Below are positions 51,645-60,024 of a stretch of DNA of 64,000 bases, piece after piece. Position 1 is the stretch's first letter. Each line of letters starts with the position of its first letter. The notes beneath the pieces are model-generated. The model was not told where the DNA came from. It was given only the letters and a program-made list of their open reading frames with translations, and made no database searches. Location: positions 1 to 64,000 of the IMG/VR virus record IMGVR_UViG_3300050821_002122, one strand, 5' to 3'. The position numbers were made by a program, and so were the translations under genes. This DNA comes from a virus.

Positions 51645-53972
51645 ATGCAAGTAGCGCTCACAGACTACGCAATCGCATTGCTGCAGGCCTCCACAGGGCC
51701 GATCACCCTCGATAACTACAAGCTAGGCACTGGCGTCAACTATATACCGCAAGCCTCTGATACAGATATTCACGGCAGTCTGGTCTTTACCGGCACACCA
51801 TCTGCACCATCTAGTGCAAACGCCAACATCGTCAAGTACTCCGTCTACCTAGACTACAATACAGGCGACTTCAACTTTGGTGAGTTCGGTCTCTATATCG
51901 GCACTAATCTGTTTGCTCTGGGTGTGGCAACCGAACTGATTGCCAAGATCAAAATGGGTCTCTCGGCTGGTAATTCAATACGCCTCGACATTTATCTGTC
52001 TATGGTGGGTACGAACTACAACATGTGGTTCGATCTCGCTGAGTCGAATAATCAATTCCGAGTAGCTTCGATTCAGTCGCCTGATATGCTGCCCCCGTCG
52101 GCCGATGCGACACCCAACGTGTACATCATAGCTGGTGCAACAAGCCAACAAAGCCCTCTATTGGCCTACACTGATCGTCAAGGTCTGTGGAACTTCGATG
52201 TGTATCAGTATTCGTCGATCTTGTCAGCAACGGTCACTGGTTTCGATTCGCATTCAGTCACTATCAATATAACCGACTATTCCGATAGCATGGTGCCAGC
52301 GTATTTCGGTCAGCTCATTATCGAGTTCATCACCGGCCCCATCTATTCGATTTGCCGCTACATTAAAACCACCATCGTCAGCGGTACTTCAGTGACGTTG
52401 GGCTTCAATACCCCACTAGCCATAACGCCGGTTGTAGGTGATAAGTTCCAGATGTTCACGCGCTCTGTCGGCAGTATCGATCTGCAGGTTCCTATTGCTA
52501 CTGCATCCGTGCTGGGTGGCATCAAGATCGGTACTGGCCTCCAGATCACGCCTGACGGCACTTGCTCCATCGATGCACTGGCTCTTGGTCTGGTGACCTC
52601 AGTCAACGCGATGGTTGGTGATGTCGTCATCAATGCTACCAATCTGCCTGGTCTTTCGGCTGTTGGTAAAAGCGGTCTCTACAGTGATCTGATTGGGGCA
52701 CCAGGACCTTATACACTACCCGTGATGTCGCAGATCATACGCGGTGGTGCAAAATTACCGGCGAACGGCAATCTCGTCATTACTGGTACGGAGGTCCTTG
52801 ATTTGGGTTTTGCACCGGTCAAGAAGGTCAATGGCCTAAGTCCTGATTCGAGTGGTAATGTCGTTCTTGCTGCATCAGTCATTGGTCTTATCAATCCAAC
52901 TGCTATACCAACGTCTGCTGACCTTAATAATTACAAAACCACCGGCTTGTTCAACATCACTGCCGCTGTAAGTTCGACTCTGCTCGATGCGCCACCAATC
53001 GTAGGTTCTGATGCGACACTGGAGGTAGTGCCTCTGACTACTGGTGGTACTGGCGATTCAATCCAACGGTGGACGACTGCAACCGATCAATACTGGCGCA
53101 AGTCGACGGGTTCTAGTTGGAGTGCGTGGCAGCATGTAGGCACTGGCAACATAGCAACTACTTCGACGTTGGGTATCATCAAGGTCGGCAGTGGTCTAGC
53201 GGTAGCTGGTGACGGTACTCTGAGTGCCTCATTACCGATCGCCACAACGAGCGTCGCAGGTATAGTCAAAGCAGGTACTGGCCTCAGTGTGGCTGGTGAC
53301 GGAACGCTGACGATCAACATGAGTGCATTGGCTGTCGCTACTACCTCATCCGTTGGTGTGGTTAAGATCGGTACTGGTATATTGGTCGATGGTGCAGGCA
53401 CCATCAGTGCTGACTTCAGCGCCATTCCTGTGGCCTCTGCAACGGTATTGGGCTCCATCAAAGTCGGTAACGGTTTGGCGATCTCTAGTGGCGTGCTGTC
53501 GTCGAAAGTCTTGACCGTCAACAGTGCGCTACCTGACGGCAGTGGTAACATCACTGTACCATCGGATGCGACGAAATTGAATGTCACCAACGGCGTTGCT
53601 ACTGGTATTCGTATGACGTTCACGAATATTGGTACGATTGGTAGTGGTGGCACAGTCACCATGACTCAATCGGCAGCCAACGTACAGGCTGCTACCTTCA
53701 CAGGCGGCACAGTTACTTGGTCCATGGGTGGGTGGCCAGCAGCCAATACGTATGCTGAGGTCCAGATGCGTCTGGTCAATGCTGGGCTAGCAACTCATAC
53801 TTTCCCCTCTGGAGTGAATTGGGTTAATCCGGATGGAAGTTTGACCACAGTTTTCGCTACCTACATAGGCAACCAACGACCTGGGTTCACCAATTTTCAA
53901 TCGTCTGGTACTGACTTTGTGGTTTTCTGGACTGATAATGGCGGTACCACTATCTACGGTAAGGTGATGTGA
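51645..53972 (+). CDS. Tail fibre protein 2 (paralog of 48208)
   Basis: Colinear similarity with fibre 1 along its length, with fewer central repeats. Confidence 0.8.
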   Translation: MQVALTDYAIALLQASTGPITLDNYKLGTGVNYIPQASDTDIHGSLVFTGTPSAPSSANANIVKYSVYLDYNTGDFNFGEFGLYIGTNLFALGVATELIAKIKMGLSAGNSIRLDIYLSMVGTNYNMWFDLAESNNQFRVASIQSPDMLPPSADATPNVYIIAGATSQQSPLLAYTDRQGLWNFDVYQYSSILSATVTGFDSHSVTINITDYSDSMVPAYFGQLIIEFITGPIYSICRYIKTTIVSGTSVTLGFNTPLAITPVVGDKFQMFTRSVGSIDLQVPIATASVLGGIKIGTGLQITPDGTCSIDALALGLVTSVNAMVGDVVINATNLPGLSAVGKSGLYSDLIGAPGPYTLPVMSQIIRGGAKLPANGNLVITGTEVLDLGFAPVKKVNGLSPDSSGNVVLAASVIGLINPTAIPTSADLNNYKTTGLFNITAAVSSTLLDAPPIVGSDATLEVVPLTTGGTGDSIQRWTTATDQYWRKSTGSSWSAWQHVGTGNIATTSTLGIIKVGSGLAVAGDGTLSASLPIATTSVAGIVKAGTGLSVAGDGTLTINMSALAVATTSSVGVVKIGTGILVDGAGTISADFSAIPVASATVLGSIKVGNGLAISSGVLSSKVLTVNSALPDGSGNITVPSDATKLNVTNGVATGIRMTFTNIGTIGSGGTVTMTQSAANVQAATFTGGTVTWSMGGWPAANTYAEVQMRLVNAGLATHTFPSGVNWVNPDGSLTTVFATYIGNQRPGFTNFQSSGTDFVVFWTDNGGTTIYGKVM
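52630..52688 (+). repeat. 59-nt exact direct repeat, copy 2
   Basis: Identical to 49196-49254. Confidence 0.9.
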
Positions 53973-54805
53973 TGCTAGCAAAAAAGTTCTTTGGTGCCTA
54001 CGTTCACGTAGCATATGGAACCACTGCTTATTTTATTGCAAGTGGATCAACTGGTATCGATAAATATGATTTTGCTACCGACTCCATCTCTTCTGGCGGA
54101 TCGCTGCTAGGTACTGGTAATGGAGGCGCAGCAGGTAATGGGATATTAAGTATATGGTGGCAAACTACGGGTTCTACCACCTCCAAATACAAGTATGCCA
54201 CGGATACGGTAGTCACCGCCACAAGTTCACCCATAACATCATCTAATGGTAGCGCCACTGGGAATGTCACACAGGGCATATTCACACGCGGTGGTGGTAC
54301 AGCTCTTACAGCACTCTATATTTATAACGCTGATACATTTGTGGCCGCAACATCCACGATCTTCAACGGCAACAACATGGCGGCTATTGGCAACTCCACT
54401 GTGGCAATACTAGCACAAGGTAATGCGACAACCAACACAAATAAATATACATACAGCAGTACCTCAATGGTGGCAGCTACTGCATTGGCCTCCAACGTAA
54501 ACAGCGCAGGTTCCATAACCAACGCTACTGAGGGTATTATCGCAACTGCTGGTTCCAGCGCTACAAATAAATATACATATAGTGGGGATACCACTTCTAC
54601 TGGTGGTAATCTCGTAGTACTTGGCTCCACTGCTGGCGCCGGGGCAGGAAGTGACACATTCGGAATTATTGCCCGAGGTGGTACTGGTTTGCAGGTAAAT
54701 AAATATACGTATGCCGGAGATGTTGTGACGGCAGGCGGTACCATTGTAGGAACTCTACAAGGGCACTGCGCCACGTCGAATGGAACTACGGGAGTGAACA
54801 TCTAG
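53972..54805 (+). CDS. Fibre-associated beta-propeller-like protein 2 (paralog of 50763)
   Basis: Six repeats of T(N/S)KY(T/K)Y..D.V...(T/G). TGATG overlap. Alternative GTG start at 53969. Confidence 0.6.
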   Translation: MLAKKFFGAYVHVAYGTTAYFIASGSTGIDKYDFATDSISSGGSLLGTGNGGAAGNGILSIWWQTTGSTTSKYKYATDTVVTATSSPITSSNGSATGNVTQGIFTRGGGTALTALYIYNADTFVAATSTIFNGNNMAAIGNSTVAILAQGNATTNTNKYTYSSTSMVAATALASNVNSAGSITNATEGIIATAGSSATNKYTYSGDTTSTGGNLVVLGSTAGAGAGSDTFGIIARGGTGLQVNKYTYAGDVVTAGGTIVGTLQGHCATSNGTTGVNI

Positions 54806-54831
54806 AAGAGGGTGGTCAGCCCTCTGGGGGA

Positions 54832-55689
54832 CTAGCGTTTGAAAAGACCTTTGGACTTCGGATAGAGGAATGCCTGCAGCTCGTACCACGCTCTGGGCAT
54901 ATCCTCTATCTGTTTCTTTTGTGGTCTAAGTTCATCGAGATCAGGTAGCGATATATCTGTCACCAGCTCTACCAGCTTGCGATTCAACTGCAATGCAACT
55001 TGATTGACGGTAAGCCAACGTCTATCTTCTTTAGTGCCTTTAGTGTACCACTGCTTGAAGGTACCCCACTTATTGACCGCTGCTTTTGCTTTACCAGGCG
55101 ACAAAAGCTCTGGTACATTATCAGTCGGATCACCCGTCAAGGTCTGGAACATGACCATACCTGAAATAGGTACCCCTTTCTTTTTCTCAGCTTTCGCAGC
55201 AGTCACCATAATCGGTGTAGGTTTTGCCGTCGAGTTGTAGGCACTCACGTTCTTGCGTAGACCTTGGTACGTATCCTTGTCTGCTGTACCGAAGATAACT
55301 ATGTGGTCATCGCCCCACTTGATGCCTGCTGAGGTTAAACAGTCGTCGGCTTCGTGCTTTGCTGATTGCCGGAACGCTATACCGCAGTCAGCGAGCAACT
55401 TTCGTACCTGCGGAAGATATTGGTAAAGGTCTTTACCACCTTCGTCTTCTGAATCACCGACATCCTTCTCTCGTCGGTTAGCCTTATACTCTGGGTACAG
55501 CTTGTAGCGGAATACTTGTGGTCCATCGAAGCACACAAGTACGTGAGTGGCCCTTACCGCGCAGGCATCCTTGCATACCAAGCCTAGAAAATTTAGGGGC
55601 AGCACATCACCAATCGGACGGGATGTCTTGAGAGTAAAAAAGCACCTATGTAAGTACCAGTTACCGTCAACCACAAAAATTCTATTCAT
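54832..55689 (-). CDS. 5'-3' exonuclease/flap endonuclease (Pol I N-terminal / T5 D15 type)
   Basis: VDGNWY, VCFDG, FRYKLYPEYKANR, EADD, DKD and LTGDPTDNVP. Confidence 0.9.
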   Translation of the reverse strand: MNRIFVVDGNWYLHRCFFTLKTSRPIGDVLPLNFLGLVCKDACAVRATHVLVCFDGPQVFRYKLYPEYKANRREKDVGDSEDEGGKDLYQYLPQVRKLLADCGIAFRQSAKHEADDCLTSAGIKWGDDHIVIFGTADKDTYQGLRKNVSAYNSTAKPTPIMVTAAKAEKKKGVPISGMVMFQTLTGDPTDNVPELLSPGKAKAAVNKWGTFKQWYTKGTKEDRRWLTVNQVALQLNRKLVELVTDISLPDLDELRPQKKQIEDMPRAWYELQAFLYPKSKGLFKR

Positions 55690-55952
55690 TGCATTTCCTC
55701 TACGCAGGGAGTATCACAGCCGAGTACAAGCGACCACCGTGTGGGCTGTACGTCTGTGACTTCGTATTCTATATTGAGGTCCATGTCGCTATACTTCAGG
55801 TTGATAGGGATGCCGAGTGATTTGGTCAAATGTGCCATCGCATCACCTAGCGAGCGTTCGTTCTCGATCTGATGCATTAGGTAGTGAGTCACCATATCGA
55901 TGTTACCAATAGCCAAGTAGGCTGATGGTTGGATGAAGATGCCGCAGAACAT
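55686..55952 (-). CDS. Hypothetical protein
   Basis: AAAGGAG RBS and an AGTAAATA box upstream. Confidence 0.55.
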   Translation of the reverse strand: MFCGIFIQPSAYLAIGNIDMVTHYLMHQIENERSLGDAMAHLTKSLGIPINLKYSDMDLNIEYEVTDVQPTRWSLVLGCDTPCVEEMQ

Positions 55953-55970
55953 AGAATTCTCCTTTCGCTC

Positions 55971-55978
55971 TATTTACT
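55971..55978 (-). promoter_or_regulatory. Putative early/middle promoter box AGTAAATA
   Basis: About 19 nt upstream of start 55952, at a divergence point. Confidence 0.45.
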
Positions 55979-55982
55979 GTCT

Positions 55983-55990
55983 CAATTTTA
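55983..55990 (+). promoter_or_regulatory. Putative late-promoter box CAATTTTA
   Basis: Back-to-back with the AGTAAATA box, upstream of the lysis cassette. Confidence 0.5.
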
Positions 55991-56014
55991 TCTTATTTAC
56001 AAAAGGAGACTCTT

Positions 56015-56338
56015 GTGGACCTGCAAAACCCATTCGGGTATCCCATCAAACAATACGTCACAGTGCTGATTGTTGCTTGCGCTGGCGGGCTGGTCAAACA
56101 CATCAACTCCGCTAAACGAATCAGTGTAGCGAAGTTCGTGGTGGACATTATTACCTCAGGCTTCACAGGGGTATTGACTTTTTGGGTGTGCGAATCTGCA
56201 AACATACACGGCCCCATGAGTGCGATACTTATCGCAACTGGCGGACTTATGGGAAACAAAGCGTTTAAGGAATTCGAGGCCATTCTCAAAGCAAAACTGG
56301 GCATCGCCTCGACAGACAAAAAAGAGGCAAACAAATGA
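56015..56338 (+). CDS. Holin (LydA-like, three hydrophobic segments)
   Basis: AAAAGGAG RBS, GTG start, AGGLVK...SGFTG......C...GLMG pattern and a basic C-terminal tail. First gene of the lysis cassette. Confidence 0.7.
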   Translation: MDLQNPFGYPIKQYVTVLIVACAGGLVKHINSAKRISVAKFVVDIITSGFTGVLTFWVCESANIHGPMSAILIATGGLMGNKAFKEFEAILKAKLGIASTDKKEANK

Positions 56339-56778
56339 ACGTTGCTATTCTGGGTCTTTCTAAAATTAAGATGTGGGTGGATGCAGTGTGGAGTGTATCC
56401 GCCTTAGTGTGCGTACCAGGCCTTATTTTGACAGGAGGGTTCTGGCTGGCTGGCGGGGGTAGCGGAGGGTCGATCATAGGTCGGCTCTCCGAAATTCACA
56501 TAAGCCATCAGCATCCCCAATCAGCAGTGAGGGATTTTAGCATCGAGACTGAAGGTGCAGTCGTCTACAAAATGCGTCTTGTTGATGTAAGCGGCATGAC
56601 CGTCTACTCGTATCCAGAAGTAATCACCAATAGCAAAGAATTCGGCAATCTGGTTGTTAAGATGCCGCAGATTAAAGGAGGCACTTATGACCTCTACGCG
56701 GATATCACATACGCAAAAAACCCGATCAGAACTAACACGGTTGCAGTTAAAATGGCTCGTGTCAACGTTGGAGAATAA
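56335..56778 (+). CDS. Single-pass membrane protein with Ig-like exported domain
   Basis: N-terminal hydrophobic helix, Gly linker, GTYDLYADITYAKNPIR. Confidence 0.6.
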   Translation: MNVAILGLSKIKMWVDAVWSVSALVCVPGLILTGGFWLAGGGSGGSIIGRLSEIHISHQHPQSAVRDFSIETEGAVVYKMRLVDVSGMTVYSYPEVITNSKEFGNLVVKMPQIKGGTYDLYADITYAKNPIRTNTVAVKMARVNVGE

Positions 56779-56779
56779 A

Positions 56780-57187
56780 ATGCTTAGGTCCCTCATCGCA
56801 GCTTGCGTTGTAGGCGCGGGGATCGGAGTCGGCTCGGTACCGGCCTATTGGTCCATACAGCCTGACCTAGAATTCGACAGGCCTGTAGTGAATTATGTGG
56901 AACAGACACAGGGTCAATCTGTGGCCATGTCAGTACCCGTAAAAATCTATGAGCAAGCAGGCGACTTCACCCTGCGAGTCTCGATAGTGGACGACCAGAA
57001 ACACGTCGTTCGTAGCTTCAACAGTGAGACCATCACTTCTGATTCTACGTACCAGGTACTGACTGGGGCACAACTTCCTGTTGGTACCTACTATGTGTAT
57101 GTGGTTGTCGCCTATAGGCTAAATCCTATCCGCGATAGTAACCAAACGTTTCAAATAGCTGTTCTTAAAGTGAAAGGAAATCAATGA
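56780..57187 (+). CDS. Signal/TM protein with Ig-like domain (paralog of 56335)
   Basis: ATG 56780, GTYYVYVVVAYRLNPIR. Confidence 0.6.
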   Translation: MLRSLIAACVVGAGIGVGSVPAYWSIQPDLEFDRPVVNYVEQTQGQSVAMSVPVKIYEQAGDFTLRVSIVDDQKHVVRSFNSETITSDSTYQVLTGAQLPVGTYYVYVVVAYRLNPIRDSNQTFQIAVLKVKGNQ

Positions 57188-57813
57188 TTACCATTGACCA
57201 GCTCAACAAGTTCTGTCAGCCAAAAGACCCGCAGGGGTTATTGATGGCTCTCATCGCAACCATGAACAAGCGAGAGATCAACACACCGCGACGTATTCGG
57301 TACTTCATGGCCCAGGCTTACCACGAATCGCAGGGCTTCTTGCAGTTCGAGGAAGACCTCTACTACGCTGATCCGAATCGGCTGGTCGCTGTTTGGCCAA
57401 CGCATTTCTCGATGCAACAAGACGCTGCATCGAAAGGCTATGCACCTGACTATGTGCGTAATTCACAAAAGCTGGGTTCATTCATCTACGCTAGTAAGTA
57501 CGGCAATGGTGACGAACAATCTGGCGATGGCTATGCGTTCAGAGGTCAAGGTGCATTCGGGCTTACGTTCCATGACAATTACCAAGCGTGTTCACAAGAT
57601 ACGTACGGTGACGATCGGTTGATTCAGAATCCAGCGCTAGTAGCTCAGATGCCTGGGGCCATAGATTCAGCTGGTTGGTTCTGGGCGAAGCACAACCTGA
57701 ATGTTCTCGCCGATTCAGACAGCCTGACGGATATGACCCGCGTCATCAACGGAAGCATAGTAACGGTACCACAGCGTCTTCAGGTGTTGAACAAAGCCAA
57801 CGCCATTTTCTGA
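57184..57813 (+). CDS. Endolysin, glycoside hydrolase family 19
   Basis: FMAQAYHES, GDGYAFRGQG..GLT...NY, SAGWFW...NLN.LAD and TRVING. Confidence 0.9.
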   Translation: MITIDQLNKFCQPKDPQGLLMALIATMNKREINTPRRIRYFMAQAYHESQGFLQFEEDLYYADPNRLVAVWPTHFSMQQDAASKGYAPDYVRNSQKLGSFIYASKYGNGDEQSGDGYAFRGQGAFGLTFHDNYQACSQDTYGDDRLIQNPALVAQMPGAIDSAGWFWAKHNLNVLADSDSLTDMTRVINGSIVTVPQRLQVLNKANAIF

Positions 57814-57823
57814 GGAGACGACT

Positions 57824-58570
57824 ATGGGTACAGAATCAACATTCTACTACCCGGTTGACCTTCACAAAGACTCTGGAGTCGTAGCCGCCTTAGCACCACT
57901 GTTGTATAAACTGCCTCTGCAAGCACAAGAGGAAGAAGTGGCGGTTTTGGCTTTAGGAGTTGGTAACCTCTTGCAGGGGTTTTACGTGTACGATAACAAT
58001 CGATGGAAATTCGCTGTGCCAATGCAGCCTATTTCCGTATCTACCATAACAGGTGGTGCGATTGATATTTATGCGAACCCGAGTGCGGATGTAGTCGTGG
58101 ACACATCCGCGACCATTTACCGGAATGGCCAAGTAGTATCAGGCAACGTGGTAAATGCAGGTCCAGCGCTGTATGCTGTTCTGACACCCGGAGCAAACAT
58201 TCCTCCGAAACCGCCTGGTCCTGACTTTTTGGCCTACACCGCAGTCACTGATGTTAGTGGTCACCGTGTAATGAAGATCGCAATAGGAGGTGTCACCTAC
58301 GCGTCTTCGGATAACCTTCTTGATACCAATTTAGTTCTTGGTATCAGTATGGGTGCTGCTGTGGCCGGAGCAACAGTAGATGTGCAACTGAATGGTGTAT
58401 TAACTGAGCCAAGCTGGAGCTGGATACCGGGCCTCCCAGTGTTCTGCGGCGTTGATGGATTCATCACACAAGTTGCACCAACTGCTGGGTTTGTAATCAT
58501 AGTAGGTCAAGTAATATCACCGCAATCAATCGTCGTAACCATTAAAACCCCTATCATCGTCGGAGATTAA
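57824..58570 (+). CDS. Virion fibre/decoration protein
   Basis: N-terminal domain shared with 60025. C-terminal LGISMGAAVAGATV.VQLNG...W.W.PG.PVF.G.DG.ITQ.AP module is typical of capsid-fibre (DUF2190-like) domains. Confidence 0.6.
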   Translation: MGTESTFYYPVDLHKDSGVVAALAPLLYKLPLQAQEEEVAVLALGVGNLLQGFYVYDNNRWKFAVPMQPISVSTITGGAIDIYANPSADVVVDTSATIYRNGQVVSGNVVNAGPALYAVLTPGANIPPKPPGPDFLAYTAVTDVSGHRVMKIAIGGVTYASSDNLLDTNLVLGISMGAAVAGATVDVQLNGVLTEPSWSWIPGLPVFCGVDGFITQVAPTAGFVIIVGQVISPQSIVVTIKTPIIVGD

Positions 58571-58574
58571 AACC

Positions 58575-59183
58575 ATGGGCACTCTGTCTAGCAAGAAGTT
58601 TCTCAAGAACGTAACTGGTACCATCACTGAAGAGGCAGCGCTGCTCACCAGTGCTGGCGCGGCGGATGCTAACAAGCTCCCTGCACTGGGTGCGACTGGT
58701 GTACTGGACATCACGATCCTGAACGGTATTGTGGTCTCGACCGGTCCTACCAATGCTGGTCAGACTCCGATTTTGGATTCGACTGGTCGTCTGGACGTTT
58801 CGGTGATGCCAGTTGGTATCGTACCAGAAACCTCCTCGATCATCGCATCCGAAGCATTGGCTGCTGGCGATCTGGTCAATGTGTGGAACAACTCTGGTGT
58901 CGCCAATGCTCGCAAAGCTGACGGCTCGACCAGCGGTAAAGAATGCCACGGCTTCGTGCTGTCGGCGTTCAGTGCCTCGGCAACTGCACTAGTCTACTTC
59001 GAGGGCAGCAACACTCAAGTCAGCGGCTTGACACCAGGTCTGCAATTCCTGAGCGGTACGGCTGCTGGTAAGTCGAGCACCACGGCAGCTAGTGCAAGTG
59101 GCAGCACTGTTCAACGAGTAGGTCTCGCCACGACAGCGACCAACCTGGTGTTCCAAGCGGAACAGCCAATCGTCTTGGCATAA
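58575..59183 (+). CDS. Virion fibre/decoration protein (DUF2190-like C-terminus)
   Basis: ASEALAAGDLVNV...ARKAD...HGFV...ATALVYFEG. Confidence 0.6.
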   Translation: MGTLSSKKFLKNVTGTITEEAALLTSAGAADANKLPALGATGVLDITILNGIVVSTGPTNAGQTPILDSTGRLDVSVMPVGIVPETSSIIASEALAAGDLVNVWNNSGVANARKADGSTSGKECHGFVLSAFSASATALVYFEGSNTQVSGLTPGLQFLSGTAAGKSSTTAASASGSTVQRVGLATTATNLVFQAEQPIVLA

Positions 59184-59240
59184 CTATTAGAATCGAAAAA
59201 ATAAAGCACCCTTCTCACTTCTCTAAAATAAAGTGATAAT

Positions 59241-59612
59241 ATGGCCTCTCAACGCCCCCTCCTAAACGTCGCAGGGGTTACTAAAGAGGCTGCCACTACA
59301 GATTTTGTGATTCACGGAATGGAGATAAATCTCTCCACTACCGTTATTACGACTGCTAACGTGGCGGCAGTAACGCTTTCAACCCGCCGTACTATCCTAA
59401 CTGGTAGCGCTGGTTTGTCTTTGGCCATAACCTTGCCTGCAGCTTCTGCCTCTATGGACGGTGCGTTGATGACGTTAATGGTAACCAATGGTAGGTTAAC
59501 AGGAACATGGACGTCCAGTGGTGCGTCAACCACTGGTATTCCGAACCCAGGATCGAATACGCCGGTAACGGTGATATACAACCATGCGAACCTTGCGTGG
59601 TATGTGACTTAA
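59241..59612 (+). CDS. Small Thr-rich virion protein (paralog of 59638)
   Basis: RP..NVAG.T.E....D...HGME...RRTILTG.AG....TLPAA....DG.LM..M.T.GR is shared with 59638. Confidence 0.65.
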   Translation: MASQRPLLNVAGVTKEAATTDFVIHGMEINLSTTVITTANVAAVTLSTRRTILTGSAGLSLAITLPAASASMDGALMTLMVTNGRLTGTWTSSGASTTGIPNPGSNTPVTVIYNHANLAWYVT

Positions 59613-59637
59613 TGGGTCACATTCTTCAGGAAATATT

Positions 59638-60012
59638 ATGGCAACCATAAGACCGATAGGCAACGTAGCAGGAATAACGCGAGAGATACAGACCACGGAT
59701 ATCATGCTCCATGGTATGGAGGCAGACACCTCCAAAACAATAACGGCAACCAATGGGTTGACCGCTGTAACACTGACCACACGTAGGACAATACTGACAG
59801 GCACTGCAGGTACGTCGTGTGTAGTAACACTACCTGCGGCTGCTTCCGCCGTAGATGGGCAACTGATGAGCGTCATGTCCACAACCGGGCGTGCGCTAGT
59901 AAGTTGGTCTAGCACGGGTGCATCAGTTACCGGGCTTCCAACCAGCATGACCGCAAACACTGCAATAAATCTGATTTACGACACAGCATCGCTGCGCTGG
60001 TTTGTCACTTAA
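59638..60012 (+). CDS. Small Thr-rich virion protein (paralog of 59241)
   Basis: Colinear tandem paralog. Confidence 0.65.
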   Translation: MATIRPIGNVAGITREIQTTDIMLHGMEADTSKTITATNGLTAVTLTTRRTILTGTAGTSCVVTLPAAASAVDGQLMSVMSTTGRALVSWSSTGASVTGLPTSMTANTAINLIYDTASLRWFVT

Positions 60013-60024
60013 AATGGAAAGAAC

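Noticed and set aside
48208-54805. Diversity-generating retroelement or invertase-driven fibre switch
   Set aside because: No reverse transcriptase or recombinase gene, no adenine-specific TR/VR pair, and the repeats are direct, not inverted.
56780-56810. Lipobox (IAAC) suggesting an o-spanin
   Set aside because: Only 8 residues precede the Cys and the hydrophobic stretch continues after it. The mature part is not Pro-rich like typical o-spanins.
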